Below, piece after piece: positions 28,500 to 37,323 of a stretch of 64,000 nucleotides of DNA. The position numbers and the translations under genes were made by a program. The DNA lies in NCBI GenBank assembly GCA_965248195.1, contig CBDFIQ010000002.1, positions 992,001 through 1,056,000 of the forward strand. The letters are read 5' to 3'. Positions within the stretch are counted from its first letter, which is position 1; each line of letters opens with the position of its first letter. The notes beneath the pieces are model-generated. The model saw only the letters and a list, made by a program, of their open reading frames with translations, did not search any database and was not told the DNA's origin. This stretch comes from Longimicrobiales bacterium. Lineage in GTDB: Bacteria; Gemmatimonadota; Gemmatimonadetes; Longimicrobiales; Gaopeijiaceae.

Positions 28500-31400
28500 C
28501 GCTCGGGCGACGGCCCCGCGGTCGCCTCGGCCCTTGGACAGTAGCGGTCGCGCTGGCCGTCGTTGTGGTGGGACGGCCCACGCCCGCGGCCGCCCAGGTT
28601 GAGAATCCATCCGAGGAGGAGCTCGACTCCGCTCGAATTCGGGTGCTCGAGCGGCTGAGGAGCCTCTCCAAACCGCCGGGGGTGGACTCCACGCTCTTCG
28701 TACCCGACTCGATGCTCGGAGAGCCTAGGGTGACACCAACACCACAGCCGCAGGCGGCCGACTCATTCATGGCCGCCCTGCTTGCGTTGCCCGGCTATTC
28801 GGTGTCCCTATACTCCGGTGGCGAAGCGCGATTCGACGCCGAGACTCAGCGCATGACCCTCGTCGGTACGGAAGAAAGTCCCGCCGAGCTTCGCCAGGAC
28901 GAGATGACCGTCACGGCGTTGGACACGATCAACCTGGCCGATTCCCTGCTCTGGACGGCGGGCGAGACGGTGACCGAGCGGCCTGGTGAGGAGCCGGTGC
29001 GGAGCTCGAACATCATCTACGACCGCCGGGAGGACCGTGGGACAGCGTACGACGCTCACACGACCATGTCGCAGGGCGCAACTTGGGTGATGGATGGTGA
29101 TCTTCCAGCCATCCTCCCGGATACGGTCTTCGGCCATGACATCAACTTCACGTCCTGTGAGGAGACCGTACCGCACTACCACTTTGCCGCGCGAGAATTC
29201 AAGGCCATCGGCGGCAGTTGGTTCGTCGCCCGAAATGTGACGCTCAACTTCGACGACGTTCCTGTCTTCTGGCTGCCCTTCATCTTCCAGAGTACGGAGT
29301 CGGGGAGGCACAGCGGTGTTCTCATGCCCCGTTTCGGGGTCAACGACATCGTGCGTACGTCTCGAGGACATACACGGCGGGTGTCTAACGTAGGATTTTT
29401 CTGGGCCATCAACGACTACGCCGATGCCACTTTCGCCGGGGACTGGTGGAGCGACAACTTTACGGCGCTCACGGGTGCTTTCCGCTATCGAGTGACGCAG
29501 AAGTTCCTCAACGGATCCGCGAACGTGAGGCGTTTCTGGAGAGTGGGTGGCGGTCGCGAACTCTCCTTCGACACTCGACACAACTGGATCGTCGACGAAC
29601 GCATGACGGTGCGTGTCTCCGCGCGCTACGCGTCCAGCTCCAGCTTCGTGAGGCAAAATTCGTTCGATCCGAGGGAGGTGACGCAGTCGATAAACTCAGA
29701 GGGTGGCATGAACCGCCGTTTCGATTGGGGGGACCTCTCGGTCAGTGCCGACCGCCGGCAATTCCTGAGCGACGACCGTGTCGAGATGACGCTTCCCTCC
29801 GCCAATTTGTCTCTGAAGACGGTCACGTTGTTCAGGGCTCCGGGTAACCGCGCCAGGTTCTTCAACAACATGACATGGTCGGGAAGCGCGAGGTACCGGC
29901 GCAGCACCGTCTCTAGGGCCTCTCAGCTCCCGAGCATGTACACCCGGAACCTGGCCGACGAGGTGCGAACCACCTCGAGCATAAGCAGCGGTCTCAACCT
30001 GGGTGGATTGGGGTGGTCGCAATCATTGTCCTTCACGGAGACGGCCGACCTCGGCGTGCCGGCCGCGATTGCGTTTCCCGGTGACACGCTCGGTCCGCAA
30101 CCCATGGGCGTCTTCGATCTAGCGACCGCGGACGTTACGTGGAGCACGAGCCTCAACTACCAGCAGCGTCTGATCGGAACGACTACGCTTACTCCCAGCT
30201 TGCAAATCTCGGGAGCCGCCAGGCGTTCGGACGAGATTCCCGAGGCGTCGAGTTTCGTATCCGGGCCGCAGCGTCTTTCCTTCGGTGCCCGCTTGAAGAG
30301 CGACATCTACGGGTACTACGGCGGATTGGCCGGGCTCGAGGCGATCCGGCATAAGATTTCACCATCGATCTCCTACGCTTACGCGCCGAAAATACTGGCC
30401 ACTGACCTCCAGGCGACGGTGTTCGGGGCAGCGAACGCGTTCGCGAGGAACCTTGTAACCGTCGGCTTCAACCAGACGTTCGAGGCGAAGCGTGGAGAAG
30501 AAGACGCGGACGCCGCCGAGGGGACAGAGGAGTTCGGACTGGATCTTGAAGAGGATCTCCTGGCGTCGGATTCGATTCAAGATGCGAGGGCGGACTCGCT
30601 CCGCTTCCCTCAGGAGGCACCAGTCGGCCTTCCGGAGGATCGCCCGCTGGACGATCGCGGCTTTGAAAGGGCTCCGACGTCGACGGTAGTGAACTTGTTA
30701 GCGCTCAATACCAGCGTGGTCACCTACGACTTCGTTCGGGCACGCAAGGAGGGCGACCGGCTGGACGGGTTCACGACGACCCGCATGAGGAACCAGATCA
30801 GTTCGGATTTCTTCCGCGGGCTTCAGCTCTCCGTCGAGCACGACATCTTCGGAACGGAGGATCGGGGCGGAGAGGAGCGCCGAGTCTTCGATCCGGTACT
30901 GTCTCAACTGAACCTTTCCTTCGCGATGAGTTCCACCTCCGGGATTGTCCAGGCGCTCGGACGTCTATTCGGCGGAGGCGGAGAGGCACAATCCGGCGCC
31001 GCCGATCCCACCGCAGCGGATTCGGCGGCCGCACTGGTGGATCCCGATGAGCTCGATCCGAGTCTCGACAACATTGGCAACATCAGCCCCACCGACGAGT
31101 CCTCGATCATCCCCGGAGCGGGGTCGGACGACGTGGTCGGCCAGGGTCCTCAGCGAGCCGAGCGGAGTAGGAGCGGAGGTGCGTGGAACGCGAACTTTTC
31201 CTATTCCCTCAACCGGAGTCGTGATTCGCTTCTACCGGCGAGCCAACTGCTTCAGATGGGCATCCGTCTCAAACCGACGGAGAAATGGGACCTCGTCTGG
31301 CGGACTTCGTACGACATCGAAGCGGGCAAGTTCGCGGATCACTCGATTCGCCTGACGAGAGACCTTCACCGATGGCAGGCGAACTTCAACTACAGCCAAA

Positions 31401-31507
31401 CGGCCGCCGGAAACTGGGTCTTCCGCTTCGAAGTGTCTCTCACCGACAACCGTGACCTGAAGTTCGATTACGATCAACGCAACACGGACCTCAACAACCC
31501 CTTCTAA
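28496..31507 (+). CDS. lptD: LPS-assembly protein LptD-like beta-barrel
   Basis: Signal peptide, FTSC..PHYHF, VPVFWLPF, SGVLMP, C-terminal RDLHRW. Confidence 0.82.
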   Translation: MTLGRRPRGRLGPWTVAVALAVVVVGRPTPAAAQVENPSEEELDSARIRVLERLRSLSKPPGVDSTLFVPDSMLGEPRVTPTPQPQAADSFMAALLALPGYSVSLYSGGEARFDAETQRMTLVGTEESPAELRQDEMTVTALDTINLADSLLWTAGETVTERPGEEPVRSSNIIYDRREDRGTAYDAHTTMSQGATWVMDGDLPAILPDTVFGHDINFTSCEETVPHYHFAAREFKAIGGSWFVARNVTLNFDDVPVFWLPFIFQSTESGRHSGVLMPRFGVNDIVRTSRGHTRRVSNVGFFWAINDYADATFAGDWWSDNFTALTGAFRYRVTQKFLNGSANVRRFWRVGGGRELSFDTRHNWIVDERMTVRVSARYASSSSFVRQNSFDPREVTQSINSEGGMNRRFDWGDLSVSADRRQFLSDDRVEMTLPSANLSLKTVTLFRAPGNRARFFNNMTWSGSARYRRSTVSRASQLPSMYTRNLADEVRTTSSISSGLNLGGLGWSQSLSFTETADLGVPAAIAFPGDTLGPQPMGVFDLATADVTWSTSLNYQQRLIGTTTLTPSLQISGAARRSDEIPEASSFVSGPQRLSFGARLKSDIYGYYGGLAGLEAIRHKISPSISYAYAPKILATDLQATVFGAANAFARNLVTVGFNQTFEAKRGEEDADAAEGTEEFGLDLEEDLLASDSIQDARADSLRFPQEAPVGLPEDRPLDDRGFERAPTSTVVNLLALNTSVVTYDFVRARKEGDRLDGFTTTRMRNQISSDFFRGLQLSVEHDIFGTEDRGGEERRVFDPVLSQLNLSFAMSSTSGIVQALGRLFGGGGEAQSGAADPTAADSAAALVDPDELDPSLDNIGNISPTDESSIIPGAGSDDVVGQGPQRAERSRSGGAWNANFSYSLNRSRDSLLPASQLLQMGIRLKPTEKWDLVWRTSYDIEAGKFADHSIRLTRDLHRWQANFNYSQTAAGNWVFRFEVSLTDNRDLKFDYDQRNTDLNNPF

Positions 31508-31540
31508 AGAGCAGGATTCCTCTGTCTCCGGCGGCCGCCG

Positions 31541-31569
31541 ACTTGTCCTCTACGGAGGACAAGTTCTTT
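31541..31569 (+). terminator. Putative intrinsic terminator after lptD
   Basis: ACTTGTCCTC-TACG-GAGGACAAGT 10-bp stem followed by TCTTT. Confidence 0.6.
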
Positions 31570-31612
31570 GGCGGCATCACTGGGAACCCTTGTTTCATGC
31601 GGATTCCAGGTT

Positions 31613-31628
31613 TGGTATCGCTTATGCA
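31613..31628 (+). promoter_or_regulatory. Putative sigma54 (-24/-12) promoter
   Basis: TGGTATCGCTTATGCA has GG-N10-GC spacing, about 70 nt upstream of ATG 31700. Confidence 0.5.
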
Positions 31629-31699
31629 TTACGTAATGGCTGAAAGGCTGTCGCGGACCCGGGACGGGTCCCACTCAACGCCAGCGAGGAATTGGAATC

Positions 31700-32824
31700 A
31701 TGTGGAAACGGGTGCTTATACTGACGGGGGTGGTGCTCCTGGGGGCTTGTAACGACAACGATACGATCTTGGTCCCGGTCGATGGCCCCGCTCCCCCCAT
31801 TGATTTGGACGCCGGGTATTTCAATCGGGCAGTGACCGTGTACTGGGACCTTTCTTCGGCGTGGAATGGTGAGACGTTCCGGATCTTCGGCAAGCGGGTC
31901 GGAGATGCGTCTTTTTTCCTCATCGCGGAGGTGACCAGTTGCTCTGCGGGAAGCTGTGAGTACACAGACACGAACATCGTGTCCAACGTGAGTTACGATT
32001 ACTACGTGTCGGCCCTGGATCCGGATACGGGTGCGGAAACCGATTCGGACCGGACCGTCCGCGTCTCTGTGCCGTCCTTCTCTCCGCCACCCGTCCCTTC
32101 GGGGTTGGAGGTGGTTGCGTTGGACGCCACGAACTACATCCTGTGGAATGACGACGCCCGCTCTGCTGATGACTTTTCCGCCTATCGGATCTACCTGCTG
32201 TCCGATCAGGGCGCGACCCAGACCTTGCTGGGGCATTCGGACTCGCCGGGCTTTCTGGATGCCCTGGCGGAGAACGGCGTGACCTCCAGCTATGCGGTGT
32301 CCTCTGTCGACCTCTTTGGGCATGAAAGTGATACGAGTGGCAGTGCGCAAGGGACGCCTCGCCCCGATTTCACGGGTGAATTGGTGTACTCCTTCGTGGA
32401 TCAGCCGGACTTATCCGGATTCCGCTTTTCAGATTCCGATCAGCTGGATCCGGTCGTGTCCGGCGGGTCTCTCACAAGGCATTTTCGCCTTGAAACGGAC
32501 GCATTGGGGTCGTGGCTCGTCCCCGGGCCTTCGGCAGAAGTATTCCCAGAGGGTGTGTTGACGACCGAGCTCAAATGTGGGGTCGCCGCCGACGCTCAGT
32601 GCCAGGAATGGACGACTGCACCGTTATCGGGGTACAGCGCCGTTGAGATTCCGGTTGAGCCCGAGTTCACCTACATGTGGCGCGTATTCGAGGGTGACGG
32701 TGCGGCACGCTTTGGGGCGATCCGTGTGACCTTGCTAGGAACCGACCAATCCGGGGCCGCGCTCATGATCTTCGACTGGGCGTACCAACTCCAAGGAGGG
32801 AATCCCCAGCTGGTCATACGCTGA
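31700..32824 (+). CDS. Lipoprotein with fibronectin type III-like domains
   Basis: LLGAC lipobox; PAPP/PPVPSGL, W..., YRIY, YYVSALD, YAVSSVD..GHES FN3 pattern. Confidence 0.75.
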   Translation: MWKRVLILTGVVLLGACNDNDTILVPVDGPAPPIDLDAGYFNRAVTVYWDLSSAWNGETFRIFGKRVGDASFFLIAEVTSCSAGSCEYTDTNIVSNVSYDYYVSALDPDTGAETDSDRTVRVSVPSFSPPPVPSGLEVVALDATNYILWNDDARSADDFSAYRIYLLSDQGATQTLLGHSDSPGFLDALAENGVTSSYAVSSVDLFGHESDTSGSAQGTPRPDFTGELVYSFVDQPDLSGFRFSDSDQLDPVVSGGSLTRHFRLETDALGSWLVPGPSAEVFPEGVLTTELKCGVAADAQCQEWTTAPLSGYSAVEIPVEPEFTYMWRVFEGDGAARFGAIRVTLLGTDQSGAALMIFDWAYQLQGGNPQLVIR

Positions 32825-32912
32825 ACATCCCCGGGTCGGGGAACTGCGCCCGCGGTAGCCTCGGCTGCCGCGGGCGTTGCATTTGGGTTTTGACCCTCTC
32901 TATCATGTGAAC

Positions 32913-33851
32913 ATGGTTCCCGTTCTCGAAGCAGTGCCCAATTTTAGCGAAGGGCAGGATCTCGGGTGGATCCAGGAGTTGGTCCAGGTCATCGCCGGGG
33001 AGGGAGTCGAGGTGATCGATTGGACTGCGGATGGGGACCACCATCGATCCGTCGTCACTTACATCGGAGATCCGGAGAGTGTCGAAGCCGCCTCGATAGC
33101 GGCCGCCCGCTTCGCTAGTGAGGGAATCGACCTACGGACCCACGAGGGGCTTCACCCCCGGATCGGTGCTCTGGATGTGCTGCCTTTCGTGCCGGTACAC
33201 GACCTGACCATGGACTCGGCTGTAGAGAGTGCGCGGCGGGTTGGGAGCCGGCTGGCCGCGGAAGGTGTTCCCGTCTATTTCTACGGAGAAGCGCGGACCC
33301 CTTCGCGATCCGACCGATCGCTCGCCGCAATACGGCGGGGCGGGTTCGAAGCTCTCCGCGGGGGGTTCCCGCCAGGCCGGGAGCCGGACCTGACCGCTCC
33401 CCAGTGGCCGGGCCGACCACATCCGACCGCCGGCGCAACGTGCGTGGGTGCGCGTCGTGTATTGTTGGCGTGGAACGTCTTCGTGGAAGGGATGTCCCTC
33501 GAGGCCCTTGGCGCTGTCGCCACGGGGCTCCGTGAATCCGGAGGTGGGTTCAGGCATCTGCGGGTGTTGGCGTTGGAACTTCCCGGGTCCGGACGGCTCC
33601 AGATCTCCATGAACCTCGAAGATCCTGAGGCCACATCTCCCTACGATGTGTTCGACGCGATTGAACAACGTGTTGAGTCGAGGGGCGGGCAGGTCATTGA
33701 GACCGAGGTCATCGGGATGATTCCCGATCCCCTTGTGCTTCCGGCTACTGGAGACAGATTTAGACTCCTTGATCCGGGCGAATCCCGTCTTCTCTCTCGT
33801 CGCGTGTCAGAGTATGTGTCTACCCGGGGGATAGGTCAGACGCCAGTATGA
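32913..33851 (+). CDS. Glutamate formiminotransferase (FTCD N-terminal family)
   Basis: EAVPNFSEG, DHHRSV, HPRIGALDVLPFVP, HPTAGATCVGAR, QISMNL. Confidence 0.92.
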   Translation: MVPVLEAVPNFSEGQDLGWIQELVQVIAGEGVEVIDWTADGDHHRSVVTYIGDPESVEAASIAAARFASEGIDLRTHEGLHPRIGALDVLPFVPVHDLTMDSAVESARRVGSRLAAEGVPVYFYGEARTPSRSDRSLAAIRRGGFEALRGGFPPGREPDLTAPQWPGRPHPTAGATCVGARRVLLAWNVFVEGMSLEALGAVATGLRESGGGFRHLRVLALELPGSGRLQISMNLEDPEATSPYDVFDAIEQRVESRGGQVIETEVIGMIPDPLVLPATGDRFRLLDPGESRLLSRRVSEYVSTRGIGQTPV

Positions 33852-33861
33852 GTGCCGCTTT

Positions 33862-35466
33862 GTGAGCAGTATTGAACATCTGAAAGAAGAGGCTCGGCGC
33901 TTCGAACAAGACGAGCAGTGGGGGCAAGCCTTGGATCTCTACAGCAAGGCCATCGACCAGTTGACGGCCGCGGACACGCCCGATATCGCACTGTTTAATC
34001 GGTCTGGCGACTTGGCGACCAAGATCGGGAGCGCTGCCCAGGCCGTGTCGTTCTATGAACGTGCCGTAGACTATTATATGGACGCGGGGCTCCCCAATAA
34101 CGCTGTCGCCGTTTGCAAGAAGGTGATGCGAAACCTCCCTGATCGACACAGCATCCACCTCAAGATGGGACAGATCCGGGCCGCGCAGGGCTTCCTAACC
34201 GATGCGCGCACGAGTTTCATAACCTACGCCGAGAGGGTGCAGGCCGCCGGAGATCTCGACGAGGCCTTTCGGGCCTTGATAGAGTTCGTCAAGCTGGCCC
34301 CCGACGACCATGAGATGTGCATGATGCTTGCGGGCCAACTCGAACAGAATGATCGGGCCGACGAGGCGCTTACCCAGTATGTCGGAGCGTATCGCATCCT
34401 GCAGCGGAAGGGTTTGGGCGACCTCGCCGAAACCGCCGCTACGAGGGTCCGGAAGTTGGATCCCCAGCTGGACCTGGAGCAAGCCGCGGCGGACCCGTCC
34501 TTTGGGCGGGGCGCCGACTTTGGAGATGAGGGGGAAGTTGCGAAGGATGGGCAGTCACCCGATGGCGGAGGTGAGCCAGAGATTATCGGTCCTGTTGATC
34601 TACCCTTGATGTCGTTTGACGACGACGAGGACGATGCCGCCGAGGCCGCGGACGAGGCTGCAGGGGCAGCCGCGACCCAGGCCGCCCAGGAAGCTGCCGC
34701 TGAGGAGGCTGCTGCTGAGGCTGCCGACAAGGAAAAGGCCGCTGTGGCTGCCGCGGCTAAGGCTGCGGAGGAGGCCGTGGCGACCAGGGCTGCAGACGAA
34801 GCCGCCGGGGCAAGGGCCGCCGAGGAAGCTGCTGCCAAGGCGGCCGCGGAGGCCGCCGACACGGCCGCGAGGGAGTCTCTGAGTGTTTCGAGTGGGGATC
34901 GCGAATCCGAAGCCACGACGGAGGCCCCCCCGGGGGAGGGGTACGTGGACCTCGCTGCCGTGCTTCTTGGCGAGGAGTTACAAACCGGGGAAAAGTCGAC
35001 CCGTTTCGTCGTGCCGTATGAAGAGCCGACCGGTGACGATCAGGCGGACTTCGACAGGATGTTGACGCAGTTCCGGGAGAAGGTGTCGGAAAACATCGAT
35101 ACGGGCGATGCGACGGCCCATTACGACCTCGGCACCGCATACATGGAGATGGGCCTGCTGGACGAGGCGATCGGTGAGTTCCAGGTGGTGTTACAGGGTA
35201 CTTCAGACCATCTTGCGACCTATGAGATGCTTGGCCAGGCGTTCCTGCAGAAAAACGAGCCGGAGGCCGCGCTTCAATCCCTCCAGCGTGGGCTCGACGC
35301 CCCTTGTGAGGTCGAGGAGGAGCGCGTGGGCATCTACTATTACATCGGGTTGGCGCATGAGACGATTGGCGACAAGGAGACTGCGTTGGGGTTTTACGAC
35401 AGGGTTTTCGCAATCGATATCAATTTTGCGGATGTCACCGAGCGCCTCCGGGCCCTCCGCAGTTAA
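33862..35466 (+). CDS. TPR protein with Ala/Glu-rich linker and C-terminal TPR module
   Basis: N-terminal TPRs; low-complexity EAAA linker; HYDLGTAYMEMGLLDEAIGEFQ. Confidence 0.85.
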   Translation: MSSIEHLKEEARRFEQDEQWGQALDLYSKAIDQLTAADTPDIALFNRSGDLATKIGSAAQAVSFYERAVDYYMDAGLPNNAVAVCKKVMRNLPDRHSIHLKMGQIRAAQGFLTDARTSFITYAERVQAAGDLDEAFRALIEFVKLAPDDHEMCMMLAGQLEQNDRADEALTQYVGAYRILQRKGLGDLAETAATRVRKLDPQLDLEQAAADPSFGRGADFGDEGEVAKDGQSPDGGGEPEIIGPVDLPLMSFDDDEDDAAEAADEAAGAAATQAAQEAAAEEAAAEAADKEKAAVAAAAKAAEEAVATRAADEAAGARAAEEAAAKAAAEAADTAARESLSVSSGDRESEATTEAPPGEGYVDLAAVLLGEELQTGEKSTRFVVPYEEPTGDDQADFDRMLTQFREKVSENIDTGDATAHYDLGTAYMEMGLLDEAIGEFQVVLQGTSDHLATYEMLGQAFLQKNEPEAALQSLQRGLDAPCEVEEERVGIYYYIGLAHETIGDKETALGFYDRVFAIDINFADVTERLRALRS

Positions 35467-35514
35467 ACTCCTCGACCCTCGATCGATGCCAACGCCGAAT
35501 CCCGTGGCCCTGTG

Positions 35515-36522
35515 ATGGAAGCGGCTCCGAGTTCTGTTCTGAGGGGCTCCCCTCCGAATCTGTCTTCGGTACAAGATCTCGTTGCCGATCGGCTCGAGGA
35601 GGTCCAAGGTGCTCTGAAGCGCATCATCATCTCGGACTTCGATCTGATCGAGGAGATCAACGAATACCTGCTCCTTATGCGCGGCAAACTCTTTCGTCCT
35701 ACGCTGCTCCTTCTCAGCGACAAAGTCGGGGGAAACGCGTCGGACGATGCGATCACGCTCGCCGCCGTTGTGGAGTTGGTTCACCTCGCGACGCTCGTCC
35801 ATGACGATGCTGTCGACCACAGCGTTTTGCGGCGTGGCCTCCCTACGGTAAACGCGCTCTGGACGCACCAGATCGCGATCATCATGGGGGATTACCTGTA
35901 CAGTCGCTCGGTCACGGAGCTTACGCGGCTCGGACGGCTGGATGCGGTAGCCGTGCTCGCGAGCGCCGCCAACGAGATGAGCATCGGTGAGATGCGGCAA
36001 CTCACATCCTACGATGCGCTCGAGTTCACCGAGTCCGACTACAATCGGCTCATCGCGGCGAAGACGGCTTCGTTGATGTCTGCGGCCTGTGAAATGGGAG
36101 CTCTCGCCGGGGCGAATGAGTATCGAAAACCGCTCGCACGGTTTGGGTATGATCTGGGCATGGCCTTCCAGATTGCCGATGACCTATTGGACTACACCGG
36201 AACGGAGGCCGTCACGGGAAAGCCGTCCGGGCAAGATTTGAGAGAGCGCAAAGTGACACTTCCTCTGATCGGCGCCTTGAGGAACGTGTCTGAGGTGGAG
36301 TCGCGTGAGATTCGGGATTTTTTCACGCTGGTGGAGGCGGCCGACGAAGACATCGATCGTGTGATCGAAATCGTGCAGAACCGCGGCGGATTGGATTACG
36401 CGAATGCGCGGGCGGATCTGTACGCAAGGCGTGCCGGGGAGGCACTCGGCAGCCTTCCGCCGGATCCTGCCGTGGAAGCGCTCAGGGACGCCGTTGCCTA
36501 CGCCGTCGCGCGTGATCGCTGA
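35515..36522 (+). CDS. Polyprenyl diphosphate synthase (IspB-like)
   Basis: GKLFRP, HDDAVD..LRRG, KTA, FQIADDLLD. Confidence 0.93.
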   Translation: MEAAPSSVLRGSPPNLSSVQDLVADRLEEVQGALKRIIISDFDLIEEINEYLLLMRGKLFRPTLLLLSDKVGGNASDDAITLAAVVELVHLATLVHDDAVDHSVLRRGLPTVNALWTHQIAIIMGDYLYSRSVTELTRLGRLDAVAVLASAANEMSIGEMRQLTSYDALEFTESDYNRLIAAKTASLMSAACEMGALAGANEYRKPLARFGYDLGMAFQIADDLLDYTGTEAVTGKPSGQDLRERKVTLPLIGALRNVSEVESREIRDFFTLVEAADEDIDRVIEIVQNRGGLDYANARADLYARRAGEALGSLPPDPAVEALRDAVAYAVARDR

Positions 36523-36548
36523 TGCCGCAGATTCGTCGTCAATAAGGC

Positions 36549-36827
36549 ATGCTAGTCGATACGTACCGGCGGAATATCAGACGCCTGATGTGGACGCAGG
36601 CTCTCGGACTTCTGCTCGGTGGCTTGCTTACTCAACTCGCTCAGTCGTTTCTTCCGGCGAGCCCCGCCAAAACCTTTCTGACGATGGCGGTGGAGGCCTC
36701 GGTTGGGCCGCTGTCCATCGATCTGGTGGTATTCGCGTTCACGATCGGCCCCCTGACCCTCAGTCTGAATGTGTTAACATTGGTGGGGATTGCGATCGTG
36801 GCCTTTATCGTTCGATCCTGGATCTGA
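36549..36827 (+). CDS. Small membrane protein (DUF4321-like)
   Basis: Two hydrophobic segments, IDLVVFAFTIG..LSLN pattern. Confidence 0.6.
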   Translation: MLVDTYRRNIRRLMWTQALGLLLGGLLTQLAQSFLPASPAKTFLTMAVEASVGPLSIDLVVFAFTIGPLTLSLNVLTLVGIAIVAFIVRSWI

Positions 36828-36859
36828 TTTAGGAACGGACGTCGAACGGAGGATTTATC

Positions 36860-37267
36860 ATGGGACTCGGTGGACTCGGCATGTGGGAGATGATCATGAT
36901 CTTCCTAGTGGTCCTCCTCCTTTTTGGGGCGAAGCGGCTTCCGGAAATCGGTTCGTCCTTGGGCAAGGGGATACGGGAGTTCAAAGGTTCGATCAAAGAG
37001 ATCGAAAAAGAGGTCAAAGCAGTGGGCGACGAGCTCCCACGGGACGCGGTGCCTCCGGCATCGGATCCCTCGGATGAACCGGAGGAGGGACCCAGGCGAT
37101 TGACGACGACGCCGGGGCCTGATTCAGGCATGAGTCAGCCTGGGGGCGTCCCCACGCAAGAGGACCCGAATCAGGATGGGCCGGGGGTGGAAGGGTTGGA
37201 GGCGGAAGGGCTGGCGGAGGAAGGGTCTGAGGAGGAAAAGGAGGAGGAGGAGGTCCCGAAGGGGTAG
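36860..37267 (+). CDS. tatA: Twin-arginine translocase TatA
   Basis: GGAGG RBS; LLLFGAKRLPEIGSSLGKGIREFK; long acidic tail. Confidence 0.95.
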   Translation: MGLGGLGMWEMIMIFLVVLLLFGAKRLPEIGSSLGKGIREFKGSIKEIEKEVKAVGDELPRDAVPPASDPSDEPEEGPRRLTTTPGPDSGMSQPGGVPTQEDPNQDGPGVEGLEAEGLAEEGSEEEKEEEEVPKG

Positions 37268-37323
37268 GGCAAGGCTTCAGCGTAAGGGCCTAGCGCGCCT
37301 CGCCCCACTTCTTCAACAGGCCT

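Noticed and set aside
28496..28600. Tat signal peptide on LptD (GRRPR)
   Set aside because: Lacks the S/T-R-R-x-F-L consensus; Arg-rich n-regions are common in GC-rich genomes.
34620..34880. DNA repeat element in the TPR gene
   Set aside because: Explained by low-complexity Ala/Glu codons of a helical linker.
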